This document shows positions 33,455 through 34,155 of a stretch of 34,155 nt of DNA, piece by piece; position 1 is the stretch's first letter; every line of letters starts with the position of its first letter. The notes under the pieces are model-generated. The model ran no database searches. It saw nothing but the letters and a program-made list of their open reading frames with translations, and was not told the origin of the DNA. The translations under genes and the position numbers were made by a program. Origin of the DNA: Kiloniellales bacterium (lineage in GTDB: Bacteria; Pseudomonadota; Alphaproteobacteria; JBHICX01); the NCBI GenBank assembly GCA_046759805.1, contig JBHICX010000002.1, positions 1 to 34,155 of the forward strand. The letters are read 5' to 3'.

Positions 33455-34155
33455 ATGCGCGAAGTAACCCTGGTCAAGACTCCTTCGACGCCGCGGCGGC
33501 TGCGCTCGCGGGTGGCGGACTATCTGGCCCGCCGGACGCCGATCTGGGTGTTCCGCAAGATGATGGCGCACAGGTTCATCAATTTCGGCGTCGAGACCAC
33601 CAACATCTGCAACGCCAACTGTACCTTCTGTGGCTACCGCTACATGGAGCGCCCCAAGACGGTGATGCCGTGGGAGGTGTACGAGAAGGCGGTGCGCGAG
33701 TTCGCCAAGGCCGGCGGCGGGGCGCTCAACTTCACGCCGACGGTGGGCGATCCATTGGTCGACAAGCGGCTCATTGAGAAGATCGAGTTCGCCGCCACGC
33801 TGCCCGAGATCTCCGGCACCTTCCTTTACACCAACGGCATCCTCTTGAACCGCTTCGACACCGACCGGCTGCTGCGCTCGGGCCTGAAGCGGCTGGCGAT
33901 CTCCACCTTCATCGGCGACCGCGCCGGCTATAAGCGATACTACGGCAAGGACAAGTACGGGCAGGTGGTGCAGAACGTCATCGACGTCGCCCGGCGCAAC
34001 CGGGAGCTCGGCTCGCCGGTCAGGATCACCCTGCATCTGCGGATCGAAGGCGACCGGGCGAGCTGGTACGACACCGAAACCTATCGCACGTTGGCCGGCC
34101 TCATCGGCGAGGAGAACATCGACTACCTCGAGGTCTACGACGCCTGGGGCGGCCT
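33455..34155 (+). CDS. radical SAM enzyme, N-terminal ~233 aa (3' end outside the window; absent from the supplied ORF track)
   Basis: ATG 33455, with the frame open to the window end. FINFGVETTNIC52NANC56TFC59GYRYM contains the CxxxCxxC 4Fe-4S/SAM motif (Cys codons at 33608-10, 33620-22, 33629-31). There is no N-terminal B12-binding domain. The overlapping minus-strand ORF 33230..34036 is judged a shadow. Confidence 0.8.
   Translation, partial: MREVTLVKTPSTPRRLRSRVADYLARRTPIWVFRKMMAHRFINFGVETTNICNANCTFCGYRYMERPKTVMPWEVYEKAVREFAKAGGGALNFTPTVGDPLVDKRLIEKIEFAATLPEISGTFLYTNGILLNRFDTDRLLRSGLKRLAISTFIGDRAGYKRYYGKDKYGQVVQNVIDVARRNRELGSPVRITLHLRIEGDRASWYDTETYRTLAGLIGEENIDYLEVYDAWGG

Overview
The window is visibly high-GC (about two-thirds G+C by eye), bacterial, and almost fully coding. 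I recognised no rRNA, tRNA, CRISPR array, transposase or integrase. It reads as a large surface-glycan biosynthesis and decoration locus.

(1) Plus-strand operon, 2..21087. About 21 genes, many with overlapping stop/start codons (ATGA, TGATG, GTGA). It encodes:
- an ATP-grasp fragment, an RraA-like protein and a deacetylase-like protein;
- two DegT-type aminotransferases and a Gfo/Idh/MocA oxidoreductase;
- two NeuA/PseF-type cytidylyltransferases, a NeuB-type nonulosonate synthase and a KdsC-type phosphatase;
- SAM methyltransferases and two sulfotransferase-like proteins, one fused to a P-loop kinase-like domain;
- two PhyH-family Fe/2OG dioxygenases flanking a GT-C (ArnT/PMT-like) membrane glycosyltransferase;
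- two paralogous membrane-anchored sulfatase-fold (alkaline-phosphatase superfamily) proteins.

(2) Minus-strand cassette, 21104..25653. Four translationally coupled genes: a TagF-like phosphotransferase, a LicC-like nucleotidyltransferase, an HppE/HEPD/MPnS-family dioxygenase and an Fe-alcohol dehydrogenase. This is a phosphonate-tailoring module. The dioxygenase carries the residue pattern I recall as diagnostic for methylphosphonate synthase. No PEP mutase or phosphonopyruvate decarboxylase is present in the window. Two paralogous small membrane-protein genes in direct orientation bracket the cassette.

(3) Plus strand resumes, 25740..34155. It encodes a kinase-like/methyltransferase fusion, an MsbA-type ABC exporter, another methyltransferase, a secreted PQQ-type sugar dehydrogenase fused to cytochrome c, a hypothetical protein, and a 3'-truncated radical SAM gene that is missing from the ORF track.

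The most interesting hypothesis is a glycan carrying nonulosonate, sulfate, methyl and methylphosphonate or another small phosphonate, with the phosphonate installed through a CMP-phosphonate intermediate by a TagF-like and/or sulfatase-fold transferase.

All functional calls come from motif recognition by eye. No database search was run. Start codons are inferred from overlaps and context.
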